The position numbers were made by a program, and so were the translations under genes. Below are positions 9,332-18,295 of a stretch of DNA of 64,000 nt, piece after piece. The stretch is taken from the NCBI GenBank assembly GCA_963749445.1, contig CAVVMJ010000006.1:10979-74978 (forward strand), read 5' to 3'. The notes under the pieces are model-generated. The model was given only the letters and a program-made list of their open reading frames with translations, searched no databases and was not told the origin of the DNA. Position 1 is the first letter of the stretch; every line of letters starts with the position of its first letter. Source of the DNA: an uncultured bacterium (GTDB lineage Bacteria > Patescibacteriota > Doudnabacteria > UBA920).

Positions 9332-11246
9332 ATGCCCACCGATAATCAAATTACAGTTTTCGCCAAAACCAACTTCCGAGGCAGAGAAGCGCCTTTTGGC
9401 ATTAAAGCCGACGACCGGCGCCGCCACATGTACATTATCGGCAAGACCGGCATGGGTAAAACCACGCTCATGGAAAACATGGTCATTCAGGACATCCGTA
9501 ACGGTCACGGCGTGGCGTTTTTGGATCCGCACGGCGACTCTGTCCAGCGGATTTTGGATTCCGTGCCCTCCGGCCGCGTCAATGACGTCATTTATTTTAA
9601 CCCGGCGGATTTGGACTTTCCGGTTGCTTTTAACATTTTGGAATCCGTGGACCCCAAGTATAAGCACTTGGTGGCTTCGGGTTTGATGGGCGTGTTTACC
9701 AAAATTTGGGCGAATTTGTGGTCGGCCAGGATGGAATACATTTTGAATAACACGATTTTGGCTTTGCTGGACAGCCCGGGCAACACCCTTTTGGGCATTA
9801 CCCGGATGTACGTGGACAAAAAATACCGCAAACGGATTGTGGACAACGTCAAAGACCCAATGGTCCGCGCTTTTTGGGTGGATGAGTTCGCCAATTACAA
9901 CGAAAAGTACCGCACCGAAGCCATCGCGCCCATCCAAAACAAAGTCGGCCAATTTTTATCCAGCGCTATTATCCGCAACATTGTGGGCCAGCCCAAGAGC
10001 ACCATTGACTTGCGCGAAATTATGGACCAGCGCAAAATTTTGATTATGGATTTGTCCAAAGGCCGGATGGGCGAGGACAACTCGGCGCTGCTTGGCGCCA
10101 TGCTGGTGACCAAGCTGCAGCTGGCCGCCATGTCGCGCACCGACGTTGGAGGAAAAAGACCGCGAAGATTTTTACTTTTACGTGGACGAATTCCAGAATT
10201 TTGCCACGGAAAGCTTTGCCACAATTTTGAGCGAAGCGCGCAAATACCGCTTGAACCTGATTGTCGGCCACCAATATATTGCCCAGCTGGAGCAGGACAA
10301 GAGCACCAAAGTCCGCGACGCGATTTTCGGCAACGTCGGCACTATAGTAATTTTCCGCATCGGCGCCGAGGACGCGGAATTTTTGGTAAACGGAATTTGA
10401 GCCGGTCTTTACCCCCGTCTGATTTGGTGAACTTGCCCAAATACCAAATTATTTTAAAATTGATGATTAACGGCGTGGCTTCCGAGCCGTTTTCCGCCAC
10501 GACTTTGGCGCCCAAGCCCGAGCACAACACGGGCAACATCGGACAAAGTCATCAAGGTCTCGCGCGAGCGCTATAGCAATCCGGCCGCGGAAGTGGAAGA
10601 AAAAATTTCCCGCTGGATGGGCGCGGAATACCACCAGGAGTCGGCTTTGCAAATTGGCTCCGGGCAGACGGCGGAGCACCAGGAAGAGGAATCTTCTGAT
10701 AATTCAGTCAGCCCACCCGTTCCGGCGCCGCAAATTAAAAGTCCTGATATCAAAAAAGAAATGCCCGCGCCCCAACTATCAAATGAACTTGAATTTACCG
10801 ACGTAGGGGAGGGTTTAAAACCCTCCCCTACGGGGACGCAAAAAAATCAGGAACCCAAGCCCCAAAACCAGCAACGCGCCGATCGTCGTCCGGACCAACA
10901 TCGTAGCCAGCGCCAAGACCAACATAATCCCCATCGCGATAGAGAGAATCGCCGCCAATCGGATAACCGCCATCAGCAAAGCGGACAAAAGCCCAAACAA
11001 CCCGAACGCAAAGAAAACCCCATTTGGCAAACCGTACACGACATCCACAGCCAAAAACAAAAGCAAAATTCTGAGCAGACAAACCGCGCGGTGGCAAAAA
11101 TTTTCAAACCCGCAGAGCAGGTAAAAAACCCATCGGCTGATGAATTTTCGCGGCAAGATCTGTCTCCAGTTGTCCCACAACCCCCAACCCCTCCCAAACC
11201 CGCCGAGCGCACCGTCCTCAAACCCAACCAGCAATATAAAATTTAG
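9332..11246 (+). CDS. VirD4/TraD/HerA-like coupling ATPase with low-complexity tail; frameshifts near 10150, 10390 and 10540
   Basis: Walker A GKTGMGKT, LDPHGD; Walker B YVDEFQNF and SEARKY in the next frame. Confidence 0.8.
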
Positions 11247-11317
11247 CTGGCGGGTTTGGAACGGTTTGACCAAAAATAAACCGTGGCATAAAATAGGTAA
11301 ACAACAATAACAAATAT

Positions 11318-11558
11318 ATGTTATCCACAGACGATATCAAAAAACTGACAGATTATCAAATCGAGGTTTTTAAAGATGTTTTTGCCACACAAAAAAATGG
11401 CTGATCTCCAATATTCCGTGGATTCTTTTGCCAAGGATAAGCGGACCAAAGACCAAGAAATCCCCGTCCCCGGCCGCAGAATTAAGGACGTGGGGAATTG
11501 GATAGACAAAGCCGCGCTCACAAAGTGGGCGTAAGCTTTGAACATTTTTGAACATTAG
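11318..11558 (+). pseudogene. Small coiled-coil-type protein, frameshifted as read
   Basis: MLSTDDIKKLTDYQIEVFKDVFAT / ADLQYSVDSFAKDK / RRIKDVGNWIDK / KVGVSFEH in shifting frames; upstream TTGACC..TAAAAT promoter. Confidence 0.45.
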
Positions 11559-11603
11559 CGTTAGTTTTAAAAACCGCTGCCCCGAGCAGCGGTTTTTTGT
11601 AAA
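11547..11603 (+). repeat. Gene-end plus terminator unit; copy at 13594-13650, degenerate copy at 12759-12812
   Basis: TTTGAACATTAGCGTTAGTTTTAAAAA(C/T)CGCTGC..GCAGCGGTTTTTTGTAAA. Confidence 0.85.
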
Positions 11604-11678
11604 CGCGTGCGTGTGTATTATTAAATAGGTGATAGTCGGGGGAGGGCAGGGATTTTTACATTTCAGTATTCAAAAAAA

Positions 11679-11714
11679 TGTTACATTTGCGCGTACGTAC
11701 TCGCAAATGTAACA
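11679..11714. repeat. Palindrome; second copy at 13719-13754
   Basis: TGTTACATTTGCGCGTACGTAC shared; first copy is a near-perfect hairpin. Confidence 0.8.
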
Positions 11715-11740
11715 AAAAAAGGCTTTCAATAACGATAACA

Positions 11741-11768
11741 AAATAATGGGTCATGTCCCCATTTGTCC
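11741..11768 (+). repeat. REP-like motif; also 12723-12747 and 13925-13947
   Basis: TAATGGG(T/C)CATGTCCC(C)ATTTG three times. Confidence 0.85.
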
Positions 11769-11871
11769 TATAAAGGTCTTGCCCAAAAAAACCGTTACTT
11801 CGGTAACGGGTTTTTTGTATTTAAAAAATTGGTGACAAATTTATGGGAATACGGGAAAGAAACTTTTGGCA

Positions 11872-11919
11872 AAAGTTGATGGCTTGTGCAAAATGCCAAA
11901 TGTCCAGACTTGACCCCCC
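11872..11919 (+). repeat. RAYT right-end-like repeat; also 12618-12688, 12900-12947, 13788-13834, 14696-14744
   Basis: AAAG(T/C)TGATG(G/A)..TGT..AAA..AATGTC.AGACTTG(A/G)CCCC, ending in the same motif as the RAYT terminus. Confidence 0.85.
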
Positions 11920-11994
11920 TTTCCTATCCTTTCCCAAGAAAACAGAGTTTACGCCGGACTTTTCAAAATCGCCATTTTATGATACCATACGGGT

Positions 11995-12276
11995 ATGAAT
12001 ATAGAAGAAATTAAAGTTAAAATTACCCCGATACTTTTAAGGCACGGGGTCAAGCGTGCCGCGGTTTTTGGCAGTGTGGCCAGGGGAGAGGAGCGGCCGG
12101 ACAGCGATGTTGATGTGGTTATAGAAATATCCAGACCGTACGGATTGTTTGAGTTTGTGGAGATAAAGCACGGTATGGAAGATACTTTGGGCAAAAAAGT
12201 TGACTTAGTTGAGTATAGTTCCATTAAACCCAGAATCAAAGATAATATCATCAAAGACCAAGTGCGGATATTATGA
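11995..12276 (+). CDS. Minimal nucleotidyltransferase (MNT/MntA) antitoxin
   Basis: VFGSVARGE..DSDVD..KVDLV. Confidence 0.9.
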   Translation: MNIEEIKVKITPILLRHGVKRAAVFGSVARGEERPDSDVDVVIEISRPYGLFEFVEIKHGMEDTLGKKVDLVEYSSIKPRIKDNIIKDQVRIL

Positions 12277-12617
12277 TTAATCCGGGCGCGAGAGGATACC
12301 TTGAAGATATTTTGGAAGCTTTGGAAAAAATCCAAAGATATGTCTTTGGTATGTCCCTGGAACAGTTTAGGAATGATGAAAAGACGCAAGATTCAGTTAT
12401 TCGGAATTTTGAAATCATCGGCGAGGCGGTTAAGCGCATTTCAGAGGAATTTAAGAACAGCCACCCCGAAGTTCCATGGCGCTCCGCCGCGGGGATGAGA
12501 GACGCTTTGATTCATGATTATCCTAATATTGTGGCGGATGTTGTCTGGAAAACTGCGGTGGAAGATTTGCCGGTATTTAAAAAACAGATTACCGGATTAC
12601 TGAAGGATAATCCGTAA
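12273..12617 (+). CDS. HEPN (DUF86/HepT) ribonuclease toxin
   Basis: EIIGEA; RDALIHDY (Rx4H); overlaps MNT stop. Confidence 0.9.
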   Translation: MINPGARGYLEDILEALEKIQRYVFGMSLEQFRNDEKTQDSVIRNFEIIGEAVKRISEEFKNSHPEVPWRSAAGMRDALIHDYPNIVADVVWKTAVEDLPVFKKQITGLLKDNP

Positions 12618-12997
12618 GGTTGGCGATTATTGTAAAATATCAAATGTCAAAATTTGACCCCCTGACGTTTAAGATTTGACCCCTGACGATGGGCGGTAAG
12701 ATATCCCGGCAAGCCAAAAGCTAAATAATGGGCCATGTCCCCATTTGCATTTGTCATCTTTGAGCATTAATATCACTTTTAAGAACCGCTTCTTATAGGG
12801 CGGTTTTTTGTTTTTGTCCAATTTTGAAATAACGCGCAGCCGAGCGTAAAGTCAACAAGGGTAATTTAGTGGGGGACGCATTATTTAAAACAAGATGGTA
12901 AAAGCTGATGGCTTGTGCAAAATGTCAAAAATTCGGACTTGGCCCCCTGACCTTGATACTTCCAGAAGTTCTGCTATAATACCACCAATAAACCTTT

Positions 12998-13288
12998 ATG
13001 AATTTAGAACAAATCAAGAAAAAAGTCAGCCCTGTGCTTCGCAAATACCGAGTGGAATACGCGGGTGTTTTTGGTTCGGTTGCCAGAGGCCAGGCGCGGC
13101 CGGACAGCGACGTGGATCTTTTGGTCAGGTTTGAAAAGGTTCCGAGCTTAGTGCAGTTTATCCGAATGGAAAACGAGCTTAAAGAAACATTGCGGACTAA
13201 AGTTGATGTGGTGGTGCAGGGTTCGGAAAAATTTCTTATTAAGCCCGGCATTGAAAAAGACTTAGCTTTACTTTATGGACAGAGATGA
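12998..13288 (+). CDS. MNT antitoxin, second pair
   Basis: VFGSVARGQARPDSDVDL. Confidence 0.9.
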   Translation: MNLEQIKKKVSPVLRKYRVEYAGVFGSVARGQARPDSDVDLLVRFEKVPSLVQFIRMENELKETLRTKVDVVVQGSEKFLIKPGIEKDLALLYGQR

Positions 13289-13598
13289 ACAATACAAACA
13301 GGATATTTTGGAAGCGATTTCCAAAATTGAGCAATCCGCGGCAGACTTGACTTATGAAAGTTTTGTAAACGATGCCGATACCTTTGACGCCTGTGTCAGG
13401 CGCTTGGAGATTATAGGAGAAGCAGTTAAGCGTTTATCCGGCGACATTAAAGACAAGGCACCGGACGTTCCCTGGAAAGAAATCGCGGGCTTTCGGGATA
13501 AAGCGATCCATGATTATGCGAGTTTAAATGCCGCCATTGTATGGGAAACTATCCGCACCGACGTACCGCAACTTAAAGCGGCTTTGTTGAAGCTTTGA
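13275..13598 (+). CDS. HEPN (DUF86/HepT) toxin, second pair
   Basis: LEIIGEAVK; RDKAIHDY. Confidence 0.9.
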   Translation: MDRDEQYKQDILEAISKIEQSAADLTYESFVNDADTFDACVRRLEIIGEAVKRLSGDIKDKAPDVPWKEIAGFRDKAIHDYASLNAAIVWETIRTDVPQLKAALLKL

Positions 13599-13845
13599 AC
13601 ATTAGCGTTAGTTTTAAAAATCGCTGCACCAAGCAGCGGTTTTTTGTAAAAATGCCGGTTGTTTAATATACGCGAGGTATTTCAGCGGAAAGTGCTCTTC
13701 TTGGGATGTGCAAAATATTGTTACATTTGCGCGTACGTACGCGAAAACGCAACAAAGGGGAAAAAGATTTGTAACGGATTTATTTTGAAAGTTGATGGCT
13801 TGTGCAAAAATGTCCAATGTCAAGACTTGACCCTCTGTTTATTTA

Positions 13846-13920
13846 ATGGCGACAAAGTTAGGCTTAAATTCCACTTTAAGACGTCGCGGTGACCTAAAAA
13901 AGGTTCCTGACACCTTTTTC
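13846..13920 (+). repeat. 3' end remnant of a second RAYT family with AAAGGTTCCTGACACCTTTT end; copy at 14802-14876
   Basis: About 75-bp near-identical duplication. Confidence 0.8.
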
Positions 13921-13985
13921 TTCCTAATGGGTCATGTCCCATTTGTCCTCCTTTGTCCCATTTGTCATTCCTGCTTTTTGCCCAC

Positions 13986-14013
13986 TTGACAGGCATATCT
14001 TATATGATATACT
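13986..14013 (+). promoter_or_regulatory. Promoter of the RelE/HTH pair with overlapping imperfect palindrome (possible operator)
   Basis: TTGACA-16 nt-TATACT; CATATCTTATATG. Confidence 0.6.
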
Positions 14014-14032
14014 AGTAGTAAAATAAACACTT

Positions 14033-14398
14033 ATGGACGAATATAAAATTACGTTTTTTTATAATCCGGATACGGGGAAAATTCCGGTTCGGGAGTACTT
14101 GGACGGCATCGCCCAAAAGGAAAGGGCTAAAATTTTAAAGTACATTGAATTTTTAAGGGAACACAAAGGCGTACTTGATGAGCCATATGCCAAGCATATT
14201 CGGGATAAAATCAGGGAATTGCGCGTGGATTTTGGCGGAAACAGGCATCGAGTTTTCTTTTTTACTTTTGTCGGAAAAAATATTATTCTGCTCCACGCTT
14301 TTCTTAAAAAAACCACGGCAACTCCGGAATCGGAAATAGGCAAAGCGTTAAACAATTACCATCAAATTATTAATAACCCAAAGCTTTATGAAAACTAG
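14033..14398 (+). CDS. RelE/HigB-family toxin (Gp49-like)
   Basis: PVREYLD; IRELRV; IILLHAFLKKT..TPESEI. Confidence 0.9.
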   Translation: MDEYKITFFYNPDTGKIPVREYLDGIAQKERAKILKYIEFLREHKGVLDEPYAKHIRDKIRELRVDFGGNRHRVFFFTFVGKNIILLHAFLKKTTATPESEIGKALNNYHQIINNPKLYEN

Positions 14399-14687
14399 AA
14401 TAAGTCTAAAAAAATCAATAAGCTTTCAGGCTTACTTAAAAGCCCAGCTTAAAAATCCGCAAGTTAAAAAACATTACGATGAAGCCGGCAAGCGCTTAGA
14501 AATCGCTTATCAAGTGATTCAGTTGCGCAAGGAGGGAGGGGTATCCCAGTCGCAATTGGCGAAAAAACTGGGTACAACGCAAAGTAATGTTGCCCGCATA
14601 GAAGCCGGACAGCAAAATTTTACCGCAGAAACTTTGCAGAAAATCGCAAAAGCATTCCGGCGCGATTTGCGCATTGAATTTGTCTAG
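14388..14687 (+). CDS. XRE-HTH antitoxin (HigA-like)
   Basis: LRKEGGVSQSQLAKKLGTTQSNVARIEAG. Confidence 0.9.
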   Translation: MKTRISLKKSISFQAYLKAQLKNPQVKKHYDEAGKRLEIAYQVIQLRKEGGVSQSQLAKKLGTTQSNVARIEAGQQNFTAETLQKIAKAFRRDLRIEFV

Positions 14688-14744
14688 AAGCGGTTAAAAA
14701 GCTGATGATTTATGTAAACTGTTCAATGTCTAGACTTGGCCCCC

Positions 14745-14867
14745 TATCGCTTCTCTATGAAAAGAGGTGGCCCACTAGGAAAAGATTCCTGGGTAACTGT
14801 GATGGCGACAAAGTTAGGCTTAAATTTCACTTTAAGACGTCGCGGTAGACCTAAAAAAGGTTCCTGA
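14745..14867 (+). pseudogene. C-terminal fragment of a RAYT-type transposase
   Basis: RFSMKRGGPLGKDSWVTVMATKLGLNFTLRRRGRPKKGS* resembles the RGxPxG..W..LGL..TLR.RGRPKK tail of Y1 transposases (recalled, not searched). Confidence 0.6.
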
Positions 14868-14883
14868 CACCTTTTCTTTGTCC

Positions 14884-14918
14884 AAAAAAAACAGGACCGG
14901 CGTTCCACAGGGGGAACG
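14884..14918 (-). terminator. Rho-independent terminator on minus strand
   Basis: GGACCGACGTTCC..GGAACGCCGGTCC then T8 on the minus strand. Confidence 0.7.
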
Positions 14919-15102
14919 TCGGTCCGCGAGTTTGCCAGTTATTTGTGCCTGCGTTGGGCGCACCCGCTGGAACGGGGCTAGTAGGAGGCGACATACAGCG
15001 TCCCTCCGCTGACAGCCAGGTAAATGTTGTCGGAGAGCCGGGCAGTGCCCAGGTCAACTTGGCTCATTGCGCCGGCTGATAATGAGATACGATATACGAT
15101 AC

Positions 15103-16110
15103 GGGGTCAAGTCTATATTCTTGACAAAATATATTTGAGTTGATATTGTTTGATTATGGCCAGACCATTAAGAATAGAATACGAAGGTGCTTTTTATCAT
15201 GTTATTAATCGTGGTCTGGAACGCCGGGAAATATTCCGCCAGCCTAAAGACTACGAATATTTTTTAGGGCTGCTCGAATATATATACGAGAAATACGGAG
15301 TTATCGTTTACGCCTTTTGCCTAATGCCTAATCACTACCATCTATACCTCCAAACTCCCCAGGGAAACTTAAGCAAAGCCATGCGCCAGTTAGATGGCAA
15401 CCATACTCAGAAATTTAATAAACGCTATAAGAGAGTAGGCCCGCTGTTTCAAGGGCGTTACAAGGCAGTTTTAGTAGACAGCGACAGTTATTCCCTGCAA
15501 TTGGCCAAATATATCCATTTAAATCCTGTCAAAGCCAAACTAATACAAAAGCCCGAAGATTATCAACATTCCAGCTACTCCTCATATATCGGTAAAACCA
15601 AAGCCCCGATATTTCTTAACACTAAATGGGTGCTTTCTCAATACGCCAAGTCAAAAGGTAAAGCTGTTAAAGAGTTAAAAAAGCATACACTCGAAGCCCA
15701 AGAGGAAGATTGGGAGCCCGAAAAAGATACTTTTAAGAGCTTGATTTTAGGTGGCAGTGATTTTGTTAACCAAATACAGGAAGAATTTTTACAGGGAAAA
15801 GAAAATTTTGAAATTCCTAAGCTTAAAGCTGTTCAAAAAGTTTTATCCGCGCATGAAATAATTGCTAAAATTGACAGGCTTAAATTGGGTGAAAATGACA
15901 AGACCAAAATTATTGTTTACGCGTTAAAGAGGTACAGTCCGTTGACCTTAAAAGAGATAGGGGAGCAGTTTAATAATTTGCATTATTCCGCTGTCGCACA
16001 GATACTCATCCGACTGCAAAAGAAATTATCTACAGATAAACAGCTTGCAAAAACTGTCATTGAGGTTGATAAACTGTTTAACAATAAGTTAAAAATATAG
16101 ACTTGACCCC
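15103..16110 (+). mobile_element. RAYT element bounded by 17-bp inverted repeats
   Basis: GGGGTCAAGTCTATATT at 15103 and AATATAGACTTGACCCC ending at 16110. Confidence 0.8.
15150..16100 (+). CDS. REP-associated tyrosine (HUH/Y1) transposase with C-terminal HTH
   Basis: MARPLRIEYEGAFYHVINRG; CLMPNHYHL (HUH); FQGRYKA; YIHLNPV; TLKEIG..HYSAV. Confidence 0.92.
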   Translation: MIMARPLRIEYEGAFYHVINRGLERREIFRQPKDYEYFLGLLEYIYEKYGVIVYAFCLMPNHYHLYLQTPQGNLSKAMRQLDGNHTQKFNKRYKRVGPLFQGRYKAVLVDSDSYSLQLAKYIHLNPVKAKLIQKPEDYQHSSYSSYIGKTKAPIFLNTKWVLSQYAKSKGKAVKELKKHTLEAQEEDWEPEKDTFKSLILGGSDFVNQIQEEFLQGKENFEIPKLKAVQKVLSAHEIIAKIDRLKLGENDKTKIIVYALKRYSPLTLKEIGEQFNNLHYSAVAQILIRLQKKLSTDKQLAKTVIEVDKLFNNKLKI

Positions 16111-16121
16111 ATATTCATATT

Positions 16122-16186
16122 CAAAAACTGTCATTGAGGTTGATAAACTGTTTAATAAGTTAAAAATATAGACTTGACCCCATATT
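16122..16186 (+). repeat. Tandem duplication of the RAYT 3' end (16048-16115)
   Basis: CAAAAACTGTCATTGAGGTTGATAAACTGTTTAA..TAAGTTAAAAATATAGACTTGACCCCATATT twice, differing by a 3-nt indel. Confidence 0.9.
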
Positions 16187-16354
16187 GACTATAACCGGCG
16201 GGGGCGGATAAATCAGCTTTAAACTTTTCCCGCCAAAATTTAAATTTAAGTTTTAGCGGAAAATGTGCTAAAATATAATCCCTATTGAATAGGGATTTAA
16301 ATATTTTGATGATATTTTTGGCTTAAGTAAAAGTAATTTTAAATTGAGGGGTTA

Positions 16355-16383
16355 TTGACAAAACTGTTTTAAAGTAGTATAAT
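16355..16383 (+). promoter_or_regulatory. Consensus sigma-70 promoter
   Basis: TTGACA-17 nt-TATAAT. Confidence 0.8.
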
Positions 16384-16688
16384 ATAAAGTTAAATTGTAA
16401 AAAAATCTTTTATTAACTCTTATTAACTTTAGGATTTTTACGCCGGATAAATTTTAGATGGATATTTTTCAAACTCACGGCAGGCGAACTTAAATAAGGT
16501 TGAGGAGTAACGGATAGTTTTGTTTTCCTGCCATGCGTTTGATGATAGCAATTAGTTTGGCTTATTGTTAAAGCGCTAAAAATCAAGGAGGCCTATTGCG
16601 GGCTCAATATTCTGAGTGATTTGGGTATAATTTTTGTACCCGGTTCGCTCAGAAGTATTGGGCAAATAGTTTGCAAGGGAGTATTCAA

Positions 16689-17429
16689 ATGATGAAGACG
16701 TTTTCCCTCGCGGTGCTCACCGCGATTCTCGCGCTGGCTGTTATGCCAAGCGCTTCCGCTCAGGGCTTCAGCGCTGTGACGCTGGACGCTTCGGCCGTAA
16801 GTTCTCACGGCGCGTGCCTGGTCGGGCAGATTGTGCCCAAGCCTGGCGCGTCAGTGGCAGGGGCCACACCGTATACGCAATTCGTTTACAACCCGGACTC
16901 GCCGCCGACGCCGAGTAATGGCGTAGGCGCCCCGTATGTCAGTCAATATGCACCCTCCGACGGGACAGGCCCGGTCGTGATGGATGTGGTTTCTTGCATC
17001 GGTCCGATTTTGCCAACGACCACGTATTATTTCAAGCTGACGGGCTCAACTAATTTCTACGTGGCCGGCAACGTGGTGACGTTCACAACCCTCGATGAGG
17101 GAGCTCCCTTCATCGATCCGGGATATGGCACCAAGCCCATCCCCGGATCCGGCAATCTCAAGGGTTGCGCGGGCTGTCAGGTCGCCGTGGTCGGGGAGAA
17201 CTTTGGGCCCTTGACCCAAGTTTACTTCAACGACACGCCGATCGATCCTAGCCTCGTATATGTCACCTTTGACCGACTACTCACCTTCCAACTTCCCGAC
17301 CGGCTTCCAGTCGGCTCGGTGTGGACCGTCCGGGTCGTGAACAACGGCCTAAGGTCAAACAGCGTCCCGCTCGTGGTCATCCCGGCGTCGGTCGCAAACG
17401 CGACCCCGAACCCCCCGAACACGAGGTGA
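16689..17429 (+). CDS. Secreted protein with FN3-like and IPT/TIG-like domains
   Basis: RBS AAGGGAG; signal peptide; LPTTTYYF; V.GENFG..VYFN..VRVVNNGLRSN. Confidence 0.65.
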   Translation: MMKTFSLAVLTAILALAVMPSASAQGFSAVTLDASAVSSHGACLVGQIVPKPGASVAGATPYTQFVYNPDSPPTPSNGVGAPYVSQYAPSDGTGPVVMDVVSCIGPILPTTTYYFKLTGSTNFYVAGNVVTFTTLDEGAPFIDPGYGTKPIPGSGNLKGCAGCQVAVVGENFGPLTQVYFNDTPIDPSLVYVTFDRLLTFQLPDRLPVGSVWTVRVVNNGLRSNSVPLVVIPASVANATPNPPNTR

Positions 17430-17493
17430 CGCCGCCATGCCACTTCGCCATCAACCTCGGGCGTGCCCCCGCATGCACGTCCGAGCGCAACAC

Positions 17494-17540
17494 AGAGGGC
17501 CACCACCCAAGTATTTCTCGGTGGCCCTCTTTTTTTGTTT
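17494..17540 (+). terminator. Rho-independent terminator
   Basis: AGAGGGCCACC..GGTGGCCCTCT plus T tract. Confidence 0.75.
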
Positions 17541-17700
17541 AAAAATATGTTAATTGCATCAATCAGGCCGAATATTTGCGATAATTGACAGGTGGATTGA
17601 TTTACGATTATACTATAAATACCATTCTTTTCCAGACTTTTCAATAGCTTGATTTTGTTCTATAATAAATTATACACATTAAGTTCCATGTTTTATCTCC

Positions 17701-18291
17701 ATGGACCAAAATTTAGAAACAAACCCACAACCAAATAATCTTAATACCGCCCCGAATGTCGGTGGCGGCAATTATCCTGTCCCTCCGGTTCCCATCCCCA
17801 GTAGCCACCACAGGAAAATCTGGATTATTATAGTTATAATAATTTTGGCTGTTTTGGCAGTCGCGATTTTTGCAGCAGTAAATAAAAAATATCAATGGGG
17901 AATAAATAACTTCGCAGTTAATTCCCCGCAAACCCTTAAAAATTTAGTAATCCCGGTTTCGTCGGACGAAGTCAGAAGATATTTTTTCACAGCAGGATCG
18001 GGTACTTTATTGTTACACGAAGACAGTCAGCAACAAGGGAATGTGGCTAGTTTCATTTTAAATTTTGTGAGTGGGCTGACGGTAACCGAGGCCGTGACCA
18101 GTTATGAGAACCTTTTTAAGAACAGCGACTGGACGTATACATTGAATAAAAATAATACCGACCTACTTGTGTCAATGCATGCGACTAATAAAGATGGAAC
18201 ACAGGGGGCTATTATAAGACTTGCGAAAAATGGCGCGGACAAAGAAGCCAATATATTAGTAATTTATTATATCGCAAAGAAAGGGAGTTAA
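17701..18291 (+). CDS. Single-pass membrane protein, hypothetical
   Basis: Pro-rich N-terminus, TM helix, YENLFKNSDW domain similar to 22490 ORF. Confidence 0.65.
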   Translation: MDQNLETNPQPNNLNTAPNVGGGNYPVPPVPIPSSHHRKIWIIIVIIILAVLAVAIFAAVNKKYQWGINNFAVNSPQTLKNLVIPVSSDEVRRYFFTAGSGTLLLHEDSQQQGNVASFILNFVSGLTVTEAVTSYENLFKNSDWTYTLNKNNTDLLVSMHATNKDGTQGAIIRLAKNGADKEANILVIYYIAKKGS

Positions 18292-18295
18292 TAAT

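Larger units (their letters stand above)
11547..16185. mobile_element. RAYT-associated cassette island carrying three TA modules
   Basis: Several interleaved repeat families between modules plus an intact RAYT at the right end. Confidence 0.65.

Noticed and set aside
7885-11246. Conjugative element or ICE
   Set aside because: Only a VirD4-like ATPase and its partner; no relaxase, VirB4 or mating-pair genes, or integrase.
12895-13892. ORFs 12895-13134 and 13659-13892 sharing KxDGLCK
   Set aside because: The shared peptide comes from the RAYT-end repeat; they are not independent genes.
11547-16185. CRISPR array or classical integron
   Set aside because: Repeats are irregularly spaced and separated by whole genes; no cas genes, tyrosine integrase or attC-type sites seen.
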